Part shown: piece by piece, positions 51,742-64,000 of the stretch
Numbering within the stretch: position 1 is the first letter of the stretch
How the letters are laid out: each line of letters opens with the position of its first letter
From: Podarcis erhardii
Taxonomy: Eukaryota
Reading direction: 5' to 3' (one strand)
Assembly (NCBI GenBank): GCA_964252035.1
Contig: CAXUOO010000090.1
DNA: 64,000 nt
Made by a program: the position numbers and the translations under genes
The notes under the pieces: model-generated
Databases searched by the model: none
The model's input: the letters and a program-made list of their open reading frames with translations, nothing else
Told to the model about the DNA's origin: nothing

Positions 51742-53521
51742 CTATTCTTCATCATCGTCCATCCGCTGCTTATCCGAATCATCATCGTAGAAAAAGTACT
51801 CGTCAATGCCTGTAGAAGACGCAAAATGGTAAGCTTCGCAAATGTGAGAGAAATCTAAAATAAAATTACAATAGGTATGGCTGAAGATGATATCAATTTT
51901 AGAAATCACAAGCAGCTTTGGTAAAAAATACTAAAAACGCTCAGAAACTACCCTTTCGGACCTCGAGAAGTTCATACTATATATGATACAACTATATCTT
52001 TAAACCTCTATATCTTTCGATAATAACGCACAGTCATCAACTTCGCGAAGCCAAATTTGCAGCAGCTGCAACAGGTAGCACTTCCCTCACAAGTATGAAG
52101 CAGAAGCACCGAAGCAAATTTATGCACGTTAATTTTTCCTAAATGCCAATTAAACCCGTAGCAGACAGATAGAGCACAAAAAATAGCATTTCAACTTCCT
52201 ACAAGTAGAAGAATTCTGCAAGCTCTTGCGTCGAACCTGTACATGCATATGCCTTTAAATGATTATAATGAAAAACACGACGTATACCCACTTAGTAGGT
52301 GAACGTGAAAGGTGTTTGAAGTCATCATATATACACCTTCGTAATAATTATTCACTGGTACGCATCAAGAAAGGAGCTCGCAAAGCAATAATTATTGTTT
52401 ACTACGGGCAGTGCTAGCCTGAAACCCGCATCATATAAGAATAAGATGGCGTGATTCTCTGAAATATATTGGCAAAGAGGGAAGACACCCGAAGAAATGT
52501 GCAGCTATAGCATAAAGACTGCCATACAGAGAAAATCGCCTCGTAATCGAGAAAGGAAAAAAATTCAGCAGCGATGATGACCATCCACCTTTTAGCTAAT
52601 TTCAACTGCCAACATATACGATGAAACAAATAACCTCAAAAAACGAGACCGACCCGCGGAGTTGCCAGAAAAAATTATATAACATAAATGGAGACAGCCT
52701 TTCATACACGGCGCTGAGTAAGCAAGGCTTGAGCACTGATATGATTCAGCGTCTATGACACTGAAGCCGGAACGTGACTCAGTCTGAATGCTCGACTGTC
52801 CACAAGAACATCTGCCCGGTAGATCATTTAAAAATACGTGTACAGCAATCTACTGCAAAGTTTCTTGGCGCAGCGGTCGCAACAGGTGGCAAGCAAAATT
52901 CAGAGAGGAGATAGACATTGTAACATCTCTCCCTTACCCGCAAGCTGACTGACTCCGCTTTCATTATCCGCTTTCCTCGCAGAATCACCATCTACTATAC
53001 CTGTAGCAGCAGAGGGAGAGAGGCTGGCTACATTGACAAAGTGTATGCCCTTTTTATTGAAAGCAAGCAGCAAGCCGAAAAATGTATCTATGCCGATGGA
53101 AATACTTCGTCTTTCTTTTAAATTTGTTTCCTCCAGTACGCTCAAACAGTATTCACGAAAAGGGGTGGATGTAGGAATTTCTTCATTTAAAGAGCACCAT
53201 GTTTTGTAGTTACTCTCCAGCATTGAGATCACAGAGCTCCGACGGAAAAGTGCATGCAAAGTGCGATTTTTTCGCCCGAAGCAAATGCGCATGAGGCCAT
53301 CCCACTCTTTGAAATCCAGCTGAAAAAAGAGACAGGATCGTCGTGCTAATCCCATAATGCATTTGCTAATCAAATGAGTCTGAATTATACCAATATTTAA
53401 CATACATATTTATATTGTACATACTAGCATCCGAAAACAGAACCTTATGTACTCCTATTGGACATATAGTGTTCAACAACAGACATATACATGTGTATGC
53501 AAATACGCATAAAATATATAT

Positions 53522-53568
<47 letters not shown>

Positions 53569-53747
53569 CATGCGTACAAAACTTCCTTTTGCGTCCGTCA
53601 ACGCAAACAGATACAAAACTTTGTGTATTAAACATTCTGGTCTTGACCAATACGAAAAGTAAAAGTATAAACGCAATAGCACGCTTGAAAATAAAAAGGC
53701 GCGTGCTACAAACAATTCTAAAAGAACATTCACTTACTCGACGTATG

Positions 53748-53791
<44 letters not shown>

Positions 53792-53991
53792 ACTACTAAA
53801 TGCAAATATGCACCAACGTGTCCATATCCCCATTATGTCCGAATTTGGCTGTACGTGCGGTGGTAGGTGATTAGTTAAACGAAGAATGAGAAAAGAACGA
53901 GAGAGATTTCAAAGACTAGTTGACTAAATTACGTGAATAGTAAATGGAGAAAGACACCAATGCGCGTATACACATGTGCGTGGATAGTTGA

Positions 53992-54028
<37 letters not shown>

Positions 54029-56096
54029 AGTCACATGAAAACAATATTCCTTTATGCCGCGTACGACAAATTACTGCAAGTAAATGCACGCAAACTTGAT
54101 TCGTTCTTAGCAACTTGCTGCAGGAAGAGCTCGATATGTATGCACGTAAGTAATTTTTAGAAAAGCCAGCTTCAATGTTTACCCCACCTGCAGAAGTACC
54201 TTTGCAAGAAGACTGAATTACCTGGAAAAGCTTAGGGCGAGGCACAATTTTCACTACTACAGAGTCGACTTTAGGCGGCGGACTGAAGTGCTTAGCTTCC
54301 ACTTTACACACCCGTTGCACGGTGCAGAAAAGGCTAACGTTGACAGCTAATCGACAGTAGTTCTTATCTCCAGGTTGCGCCATTAGCCTCTCTCCAAACT
54401 CCTTTTGAAACATCAACACTGCGCAACTGAAAAAGCACCCACATACGCAAGCAAGGATCTCAGAAACGTGTGCTCAGTTTTTGTCTGAACAGTTTTTTGA
54501 AAGTCATTCCACAAATAATTACTTACAAATCTATAAAAGCAGCACCATGCCACTGCAGTGAACGTGTAAGGCTCTAGATCGGATATATTTTTTCCACCGA
54601 ATTTGAAACTGCGAATACGGATAGACTGACACCGACTGTCTACACTCCCTAATACATTTACTTAAAATTTAAATATATATATATATATAATATACGAAAG
54701 ATCATAGTGTGCCTAAAAGCCGGAATTATATCTGCACAAGCAGGCTTTCTACAAAACTGCTGCTTTGAACAAGGCATGGTGAACTGAGTGGACATGAATA
54801 TTGCCACCTTGAAAGGTAGAATTACCCATTTAAAGGACAAAAGTATCATCCCCAAAGAAGCTGCGACATATATATAAATGGAGAATTGTCTTGCCTACGT
54901 GTGGGAGTGAAAGGAGCGACAGCCAGCGTTTTTGCTGCTGGCAGTAAACATGCATAGCCCTATGTATGCAAGTGAAAATCACACCTCGCAGGCGTAACCG
55001 CACGCGTATGTTTCAACAAAGGTGTTGGAGAGCGAAACAGTTCGTACAAGCATAAAATAAATGGAATTCTACTTCTTTGCAATCACTTGTGAACCAACAC
55101 TTACGTGTAGATAAACAACCCGCGCGCAACTGGTTTGTTCACTGGTGCTGCGGGGTATAATTTGCATTGCTGTGCCCATACACAGGTACTTATACAGTAA
55201 CTCAAAAACTCGGCTATACAGTAGCATACACTTGATAATATATATGCAAACACAGAGCTATATATAAGTATATATATATATACATTGGTACGGTTACGAA
55301 TCCAGACGATATACCGCTAGTAAGTCAATGTAACGCTTGAGAAATTGAATAACGCAGATATACTGCTGTAGACGTGAAATCTATCGACGGATTACATGCT
55401 ATAAACGGATACGTCTCTTGTACACATTCACGTAGAATTGAAACGCTTATATATACATACTTATACACATACACATACAGAGACGTAATGAAAACGAGTG
55501 GTCATAACCCCTGCGCACCTTCACGTTGCACCCCCTCGAATAGGGATGCACTTCAGTTTTTTCTGAAGTAAAGAAAGCCTCTTTTTATCAAGGCATTAAT
55601 CATCCCACTCCCTTTTTCGACGCATTTATCAGTAATATGCACCAGCTAAAAGCAACGCTCTGCCGCGGCAAGCATGCGGACAGTGTAATGCTATTTCATG
55701 TGACATAGAATGCATAGGTCGCGGGCAAAGATGCAAGAGGGAAAGAAACCGAGGGAAAGAGTGCATAACGGCTTTATTCCCAGCATAAGATGTGCGAGAG
55801 AACTAATCCCAATTTACGTATAGGGCATGCATACAAGCGCAAGACATTCTTCAACCAACGCCGGTGTCACATGTACTCAGGGTTACGGTAGTCCTTTAAA
55901 TGGCAAAGAGAGACTTGCGGAAGAATTGATTAATGCGACAGCCAACTGGCAAAAAGACATTTCCACGGTATACCATAAACGCGATAAAACTATTAATACG
56001 GGTCATAAAGCTCAAACCTAGCCTTTCCTACGCTCAACACACGCGCTTCATGGTGTTTCTGTCCGCCTGCTTCTAGACAAGTAGTTCTACATACAG

Positions 56097-56145
<49 letters not shown>

Positions 56146-56189
56146 CTCTTGCCGTGTACTCTTTCTATCGGAATACGTTTTGACTTGTA

Positions 56190-56242
<53 letters not shown>

Positions 56243-56842
56243 TTATATGCGTAGCTCTGTTGGTATTGACATATATGTAAACGGGTATGTACTCCCGGTG
56301 TGTGGACCACCTTCAAACAATACATATAAGATTTTTAGTCCATTAGTCACCGCAGCATAGCAAACTTGAAAAAGAATACAAGAAAAGATTCTTTCATTGA
56401 AAATGCTAGTGATGTACGAATCTGGCATTATGCAAACAGAACTTTCACAACCGCCGCGGCATAAGAGGAAAGAAAAAAGCGTTTCATCAAAGTCATGCAA
56501 TTATTGCTAAGCGTTTTTCAATTCAATAAAATGGAAGGAATATACGTCTAAGCTTTTTAACAAGCGGGGGATACGTACATGTACGCAGAAGTCCGAGATA
56601 ATTTTTGAACGAGGCAAATCGCATGAGAATCGCAAAAATGAGCAGCGGACACACACGCGGACTTTCCTCTATAGAGATGTACAAATGAATAAACGGAGGC
56701 ACTCACAGATCTCCTACTCATGTCTTGTGTGCAACTGCGACTAGATACTGGTTTCCGTAAATTAGAAAAGTCTTTTCTTTCCGTACATTGCTTGAAACTC
56801 GTCAAACGCCAGGTATTCAAGCATTAGCGATCGTATATGTAG

Positions 56843-56875
<33 letters not shown>

Positions 56876-59085
56876 TATCTTAAAAAATACGTGACCAGAC
56901 AGAAAAAACTTGTATGATTCTACATAAATCCGTGCACTGATAGCGCGCGTTTTAAAGAGGCAGACGCATAATGATTGTGTAGTTGAGAACCGCTTGATAA
57001 GTAGACGGCACAGGTACGTAAATAAATGCATCTTCGCAGCAGCCTCAGCAGCACCATCAGCTCCGGCAACAACATCAACAGCCACAACAGCAACAGCATC
57101 AATAGCAACCGCAGAACCAATAGTATATGCGCCAGCACTTGGATCGATACACGACTGCAGCAGCATACACCGCTGCCGTAGTAGAAGCTTCAGCACAGCC
57201 ACAGCAACTCCAGCATGTTCCCCAACAAGAAAGGAACCGCTTTTCTGGCATAAGAAGACGATTTGTACATGTGTAAAGAGTCCAAGTGAAGCATCCCAGG
57301 GGGCGTAGCGGAAAGAAAATCAGTTGAAACAAGTAGACAAAATGAGAGGTCCACGTTATCAACAGCCGACCTGTCATTTGAAAATTGAGTAGAAGGTCAA
57401 ACTCGATGACAACTAAGGATACCTCCTCGCCAACATTGATATACTCGTCTTTCTGTGTAATTCGAGGCACTGTAAGATCCTAACATGTATCAAAGCTCTG
57501 TCCACCACTACCACTTGAGAGATATGCAGACCACATCAGACGATTCAGCCAAGCAGCATGAGTTGTACCAGCATCTGCAGAAAGTAAAACAGCACCAGAT
57601 TATGGACAAAAAAACTAGCTGCCCCCACTCGTGCTTATCGATGACACCAGAAAAAAAAACTATGCCAAGTTTTTACTACGTACGACGCATGCACATGTGT
57701 AGACGTCACTGTTCTTCTTCCTGACTAACCGAAAAGGGGGACGATGTGCCAGGAGCCGCAAAAGAAAATGAGAAGAAATCTGATATGGAAGGTTAGCAGC
57801 ACAAACGTCAAAAACGCCCAAAGGCGCTCGCAAGGCATCGCCGTGCCGAACTGTCAGATTGAAAAAGCCATTACTTAAAGCGCGCTTCTTTACTTCACTG
57901 ACCATACGCTCATCAACATCCAACGCAACTACTTCCCTAACCAGCGGCAGCAACCGCATTGTCAAGTTGCCCGTTCCTGTGCAACATAACAACAGCAGAG
58001 TAACTGCCATTAGCAATAAAAGGGAGCATGCGCAGCAGCAGCAGCTACATGCTGAGTTACACAAGTAGCAGCAGATGGAAAGGAAAAACCATTCGAACGC
58101 AGCATAGACAACAGCAGCAACCGGAGCTTTCGTGTTCCCCAAGTTTGAGACAACCACTCGCAGCAGTAGTAGCATGAACGGCTAGCATACCCAGAGGGCA
58201 ACAACTACACAATGCACCATTGAGTATCAATACACGCTTGTTTGCTTTCCTTTTTCAAGCATGCACACGCCTAGACAGACAACTCACTCTTACATATGGC
58301 GATATACACATATATATATATATGCATATGTATATATTTGTCTATTTAGACTGAAGTTTGCTTGTGGAAACTGCTTTAGATATCAAGCTTTGTGGAGACT
58401 TGTAATGTGAGGTCGTTCTAATGGTCTCTGGTTGGTTGAAATAACGTTTTGTGGTTGACACGATCTCCCGCTGATCAGAACTCGAACACGGCAGCAATCT
58501 CGCACGCAATACACACGTACTTATAGATATAGTTATGTATCTGTAAGTGGATCGAAGAGAGCTGAATGAAGAAAATCACACAGGTAAAAGGGTTCTAAGT
58601 AGTGTTATGCATGTCGTTTGAACTGTATCATAAGTGCTCCGCGCATTATTTTATGTATACACAATTAGGCACATCTATCAATAGAGAGAGAGTGAGAAAC
58701 GATATACAAGATTAAAATATGTATATGAGGGTGAAAGCAGAAGAGAAATTCAGTCCAAACTAGCATTTGTTAATTCGCAGTATTGCGCTTTACCCGGTCC
58801 TATTTCCAGCACGGTATCTGAACTTCGCAAATCTGCGGCTCTGATCATTTTTTCCAGAACAGCTGGATTCTTCAGAAGATGCTGACCAAACTTTTTATGC
58901 AGAGCCAAGCCTGACGTCAGGAGCGGCTGCGCATGCAGTTTGCTACTGCTGCTGCTGTTTCTTTTGCATACCGCTGGTATTGGTGCTGCTGGTGCTGCAA
59001 ACTCTGAAAGACGTTTGTAGGGCGCACTGTAGGGCCCACTGCGAATTGCAGCAGATTTTTTCGTAGAAAAGCCTCGCCACGCCAT
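51742..59085 (-). CDS. DIM1: 18S rRNA adenine dimethyltransferase (DIM1/KsgA family), ~397 aa, 5 exons; 387 aa ending at 52900 if the last intron is not used
   Basis: Exons 59085-58794, 57976-57730, 54426-54222, 53319-52938, 51809-51742. Motifs: [23 protein letters not shown] (SAM binding), [66 protein letters not shown]. All junctions are GT-AG and in phase. Confidence 0.95.
56195..56241. repeat. (AT)n microsatellite in DIM1 intron 2
   Basis: Seen directly. Confidence 0.95.
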
Positions 59086-59106
59086 TGTTGCTGAAGCGAG
59101 CGCAAA

Positions 59107-59510
59107 CTGCAGGACAAAGAAAATGAATTGAAACAATATAAGCCCAACTATGTAAATTAGTACCTTAGTATATATATATATATATATGGATATGGATAGA
59201 AAATATTAGTGAGAGAGAGGTCTACAGAGAGAGAACGAGAAAGAAAGGAGGTGGGAAAAGAAGAAGCGAAGGTGAAAAAAGAAATTGACCAATCAAAAAC
59301 TGCGCAAAAAACGCCGGAATTAGCTCCAACAAATTATTGGATTAGTATATATACGTGAACATATATATTGGTATACGTATATATAGGTCTCCAGCAGAAT
59401 AAAGGTAGAGAAAACGGCTAAGGGTTTAGACGGAATAGAGCAGTGGGGATAGGGACAGTACTAAATAAGTTGACAACGAATGCAGTAACACTGGTGCGCC
59501 GCATACTCAC
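59107..59510 (-). other. Probable 5'-UTR intron of DIM1 (404 nt)
   Basis: Donor CAA|GTGAGT at 59510 and acceptor CTTTTGTCCTGCAG| at 59107, 21 nt upstream of the ATG; contains a (TA)n tract like the other DIM1 introns. Confidence 0.55.
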
Positions 59511-62500
59511 TTGTCCGGAAGAAAAACAAGATGCAGAAACGAGACAGAGACTCGAAGAGAAAAATCAATGGACAACTTAACCTTTTGAAAATGAGGTATA
59601 TATGCAATACCGGCGCGGCAGAGACCGATAAGCACAAGAAGCGGAGAGAGAACCAACAGCGTATGACTCCATGAAATATTGAACAAAACCACCTGCCGCA
59701 GTATAAGTCATGTGAAGGCAGACGGAAGGCAGGCACTGCGTTTCGCGATACGAGGAAATCTCTCGTCGGAAGGAGAGAATTACTTTTGCTAAAACACGCA
59801 CAGCTGGTAGGAAAAACAAATTAGAGACTCAGCAACAAAGATGAACACCTTACTCTTGGAGCTGCCTTTATTGAAAAAATCTCACAGGAAAAACAGGTGA
59901 ACCTGTGGCTCATGCTGGCGGTGTTTTTGCTGCTGCAGCTCCCTCACATTTGGTAAAATAAATTATGTAAGTGGGTACCGCATCTCTTCGGTGACAGGCG
60001 AGCAACTTCACACAGAAAAACGATATTTGTATATCTATTTGAGTTGGAATATCATACAAGCATATATCGACAAGCGTCTTAAGGGATCTACCAAACACTT
60101 TGTTCGGCCGTGTGCTGAGGCTTTGAAAAATTGCGGCTCTTTTCAAAGTTTGTAAATCGCACCTGGAACAAATTCTCGCACAGCTGCTGACGCTTTTGAC
60201 GCTTCGCCGGCTGGATCCGTAAAGTAGTCTTTTGATGACCAGGAATTTGCTGAGACAAGGTAGTGAACGCTGTCGTGGCTATTTCTTGCCGTTGCTGGCG
60301 GTGCTGCAGATTTGACAGTTGCTGCGCTTTAGAGGAAAGCCGAAGTCGCATGCCTGCGCATGGTATGAAAAATCATATTCTCATGCAATGGAAGAATAGG
60401 TAGCCGATACAAGAGGTATACTAACAACAGCCTTTACCGCTATTTGGGCGGTGAAATTGGTGAAAATAGTTAAACCTGCAGTATACAGTAGAGAGTCATT
60501 ACCTCACAAGAGATTATTCCTATCCATTTTGTGAAAGGCGCTAATGAAAAATTTATCATCTAGCCACTTACGTATGTGTGCCAGCAAACATTTGGTTCTT
60601 ACAAACGAATACCCAAGAAAAAATACGACAAAGATGAAGTCGCGAACAAATCGATGTGATTCTGATATGTAAGTACCGAATTTTTTGTAGATGTTTTGCT
60701 GACTAACAGAAAGGGTAAAAACGACAAAGAGAGGAAAGTATAGAATTTACATTTCAGGAAGTGAATACAAAACTGTAGGGCGATTATAAGAGAAAAAATG
60801 AGAAAAATGAACTGAGATATAATTGGGAAAACATATTATGGATTTGGGTATATGCATGCTCACACATGCAGACGTGTACATGCAAACATTAAGCGACCCT
60901 TGCATATCCCGCCTCCAGACACAAAAATGGTTTACTCCAATGATTGAGGAACAAAAACTTGAGACAGGAAATTAAACCAGCGGCAGACTTTAGAAGAAGT
61001 ACGACTACGATCTCTTCTGTAAGGCAGTTTGAAGGACACATTTACGTTCCCTATAGAGAGTGGGGAAACTTTACTTAGCGCATTAGATATGTCAAGATCC
61101 TTTCTGTAGTGTACATCGCTTTTTTGAGTACAAGTTTTCTTGGACTCTCTTTACCTCCTGCCCTCTCAAGCGGTTGCAAAAGCATTTTCTTCCTGGACTT
61201 AGGTGCTGCTAGTGCAAATTTATAATTACTAAACCATGCAGTTGACACTGTCTAGTTCTACACTGGTATAAGCAATACGGTATCTGCCTGGGTTAAAACT
61301 TGCAGTTATATGTGACACTACTTGAGTGATCTGCTCTTCATATTCTCCATATAACCCCGAATTTGCTTGCACAATCTAGCTCTTTTTACCTCTAAACCCC
61401 GAATTTTGTTCAATTTACTTCCGCAGATCCGGAACAGCTGCTGATTAGAAAAGAAGCTATATGAAGTTGTAATTTGCATAACAAGGACGATGGCGGAAAA
61501 AGAAAAAATTACTTGTCTATAAAATATTATACTACATATATATGCATATATGTAGATGTACACTTGTAATTTTTTTTCTTTCAAAACGTAAACTGATTGG
61601 CGTTGAATTTCTTATCGCTTTCTTGAAATTAAACTGTAAACTCGTTTACATTGTAGGAAAAGTACAGCATTTCAAACCCCCGGTCTAAATACGAAAAATG
61701 ATATTTCAAGCGCACAAATTTTTAACAAAAACGCATACCCGACATACACATGGAGAAGCCTCTGATGTATTTTCGTACCAACGAAGTTACTGCAAGAAGT
61801 TTACTGCTGATGACTCTTGTCCGCGCTCAATTAAGCAAATCTTCTACCTTTAAATACAGTCTATGCAAAAGTTTCTGCAAATAAAATTACCTTCTGGGTG
61901 CATAATTCATATCAAACAGACGTAGCATTTTTGCTACACGATGGTGTATCTGTGTCGCTGCGCACCTCAGTAAAGTTTGTTTGTTCGGAATTTCGCTTAG
62001 AGGTCAGTTGCAATATGATTTCTGCTCATTTGATGTGAGATTCCAGGTGCGACGACTCGAAGATTTTGCAAGAAGCATTGCGAGACTACACACTCGCAAT
62101 GTTTCCTACGTTTTCAAAGCTGCTCCCGGTTACCGTCCAGATGTGATTAGAAAAGCAAATTGCACTGCATTCAAGAGTGAAACTTTGGCGTGCATATGCA
62201 CACGTAGACACCTCTATACTCTTATTATACTCTCGATAGAAAAAGCGAGATGAGGGCAATATTCACCAGTATAAATGTGCGCACATACACGGCATTATAT
62301 ATCATACCACAGTTAAATTACCGTCTGCACAATGCTTCAGAACTACCAAATAGAGCCTAGAATAAGCTGCAAATTGATACGTCTTTCAAAGCTTGTGTTC
62401 TCACGCGTATGTATTGTATCAGAAGGAACTCAGAAAGAAGCTTTTTTTGGTAAAACGAATCGCTAAACCTTCTGAAGCTCACGAAAAACCTTAGTGTACA

Positions 62501-64000
62501 CACAATTGTCTCGTACTAGAGTCGCACGCCCTTCAGATCAAGTAAAGTATCGTTGAGCTAATTTGTACATTAACAGATAACACAAGCACTCTACAGATTG
62601 TGACTTCATCCTAAACGTTGGTGCAGACATATAGTGACCGGTTTACATGTGTTTTTTCACCTCTTAATAAAAGCATAGACCATTGACACAGATTTTGTTT
62701 TAATTTATGATTGTAAACATCGATCGGCTTGTGTTGAGGTCCATGTCCTCAATGTGTACCACTTTTCGCCAGGGTTACGTACGCCCGTGTATACATTCAA
62801 CAAAGCACAAACCACATGGGAAATTCTACAGCGGTGACTGAGTCAGTGGAGAGGGTGGAGAGAATTAGACAAAAGGTTTCACGTCATTTCGAAGTTCCTA
62901 CGGGACGAGTCAGTACATGAGAAACGGCGTGTGCAGAAGAAACAAAAAAAAAAACCAGCCCTTGAATCTTTTATGTGCACTATTCAAGTCAAGACTGCCT
63001 TACCTTTCGATGAAGTCATGTTTACACGACAAGGACAAAAAAGAAGTCACTGATGCTGCCTGACAGTCGAGAATTGGGATATGGCTGTGTTGCTCTGTGA
63101 GCGAATCATTAACCACCATACACCTCCTTGCGGCCGGCGGTTCTTTCCCCTAGAACAACGTACGATCACAACCACAGGTGAACCTATAGTAATGGATAGC
63201 GAAAAGACGAATCCAACTTTATATTTGCAAGGAAACAGGCAATGACATTCTACGGAATTTCGGCACAAAGTTTCGATTTGATTCACGCGTATGCAGAGTG
63301 TTTTAGATGTGTCATAGTATCCTTACTGCAAATGAGTTGTACACGGGGAAAATTGTGTATTTGGCGCCAACCGCAGCCCAAGTATTGCAGCTGCGTACCT
63401 TTTCAGCAGATCTCGAAAGAATATACAACTAGTCAACTTGCATTTCCTCTAAGATTCCTTTTGTTGTCACCAACATCCCAAACTCTATCAATTGATTATA
63501 CGGATATATGTTAATTCAAAACATGTTTATCAAGTATCGCTTTCAGGAAATCGATACTTTCCAAACAAAGGACTTCTACAGAGATCGCGCAACGAAAGCG
63601 CATTACAGAAGATGGAGTAGGGAAAGGATAGGGAAGTCTAGTGCATTTCTGAAGAATCCATAAGCCCGTAACTTCTTAAAATAAACAAGCCAGGTAAAGC
63701 TGGATTGTCATTCTCTACCACCTGACGCCAAACGCTGAAGTGTTTGGCCGAATTTTATTGAATATATTTCTACTCCGCAGACCTTAAACTGCATAACAGC
63801 TAGCTGTGTGCGTGCCCAGTTGCTTGCTAACAGAAAAAGTATAAAACCGGCCGCTGAGCTTCCGTACCCATTAATTTTATGTCAGAAGTCTGCAATGGAT
63901 GCTTCTTTTTTGTGACATGCATACTTTTTTGTACCGCGTTCAACACGAGCACTCTCTGCGTGTCCGATTTGTTAAAATCAACCGAATGTCTACTAGTTTC

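Noticed and set aside
57422-57470. 47-nt cassette-like exon in DIM1 intron 2 (possible poison exon)
   Set aside because: Splice-like signals of this strength are expected by chance in 3.3 kb; no supporting evidence.
59900-64000. Short coding-looking fragments upstream of DIM1
   Set aside because: All are closed by stops within ~40 codons and could not be joined; no homology recognised.
1-64000. CRISPR arrays, tRNA, rRNA, retrotransposon or organellar insertions
   Set aside because: No spaced direct-repeat array, no cloverleaf around the GTTCGA-like words inspected, and no RT, integrase or rRNA signature seen.

Overview
Eukaryotic, intron-rich, AT-rich genomic DNA with (TA)n microsatellites, CAG/ACT/GGT trinucleotide runs and TGCATGCA octamers. 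This points to a coccidian apicomplexan, probably Eimeria-like (inferred from composition and gene content). I assembled seven protein-coding genes by hand from splice signals and recognised motifs: (1) a HIRA-like WD40 histone chaperone on the minus strand, from 13625 off the left edge; (2) an unknown single-pass membrane protein with a mitochondrial-like leader, minus, 23875-22485; (3) PHF5A/Rds3, plus, 4 exons, 26400-32934; (4) a ~1241 aa LRR plus coiled-coil protein, minus, 42137-36146; (5) GAS8/DRC4, minus, 11 exons, 47585-43557; (6) a small protein with four N[KD]S[ST]xxxG repeats, plus, 49313-50011, head-to-head with GAS8; (7) the DIM1 18S rRNA dimethylase, minus, 59085-51742. There are two assembly gaps. 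I found no CRISPR array, tRNA, rRNA or recognisable transposon. The most notable observations are: a nearly microsatellite-free island (~34.2-53.4 kb) holding the flagellar or putatively flagellar genes, including the uncharacterised repeat protein; three sites where conserved or plausible reading frames switch by one base (most likely assembly indels); and an alternative acidic terminal exon for DIM1. Most ORFs in the supplied track are artefacts of repeats or antisense frames.
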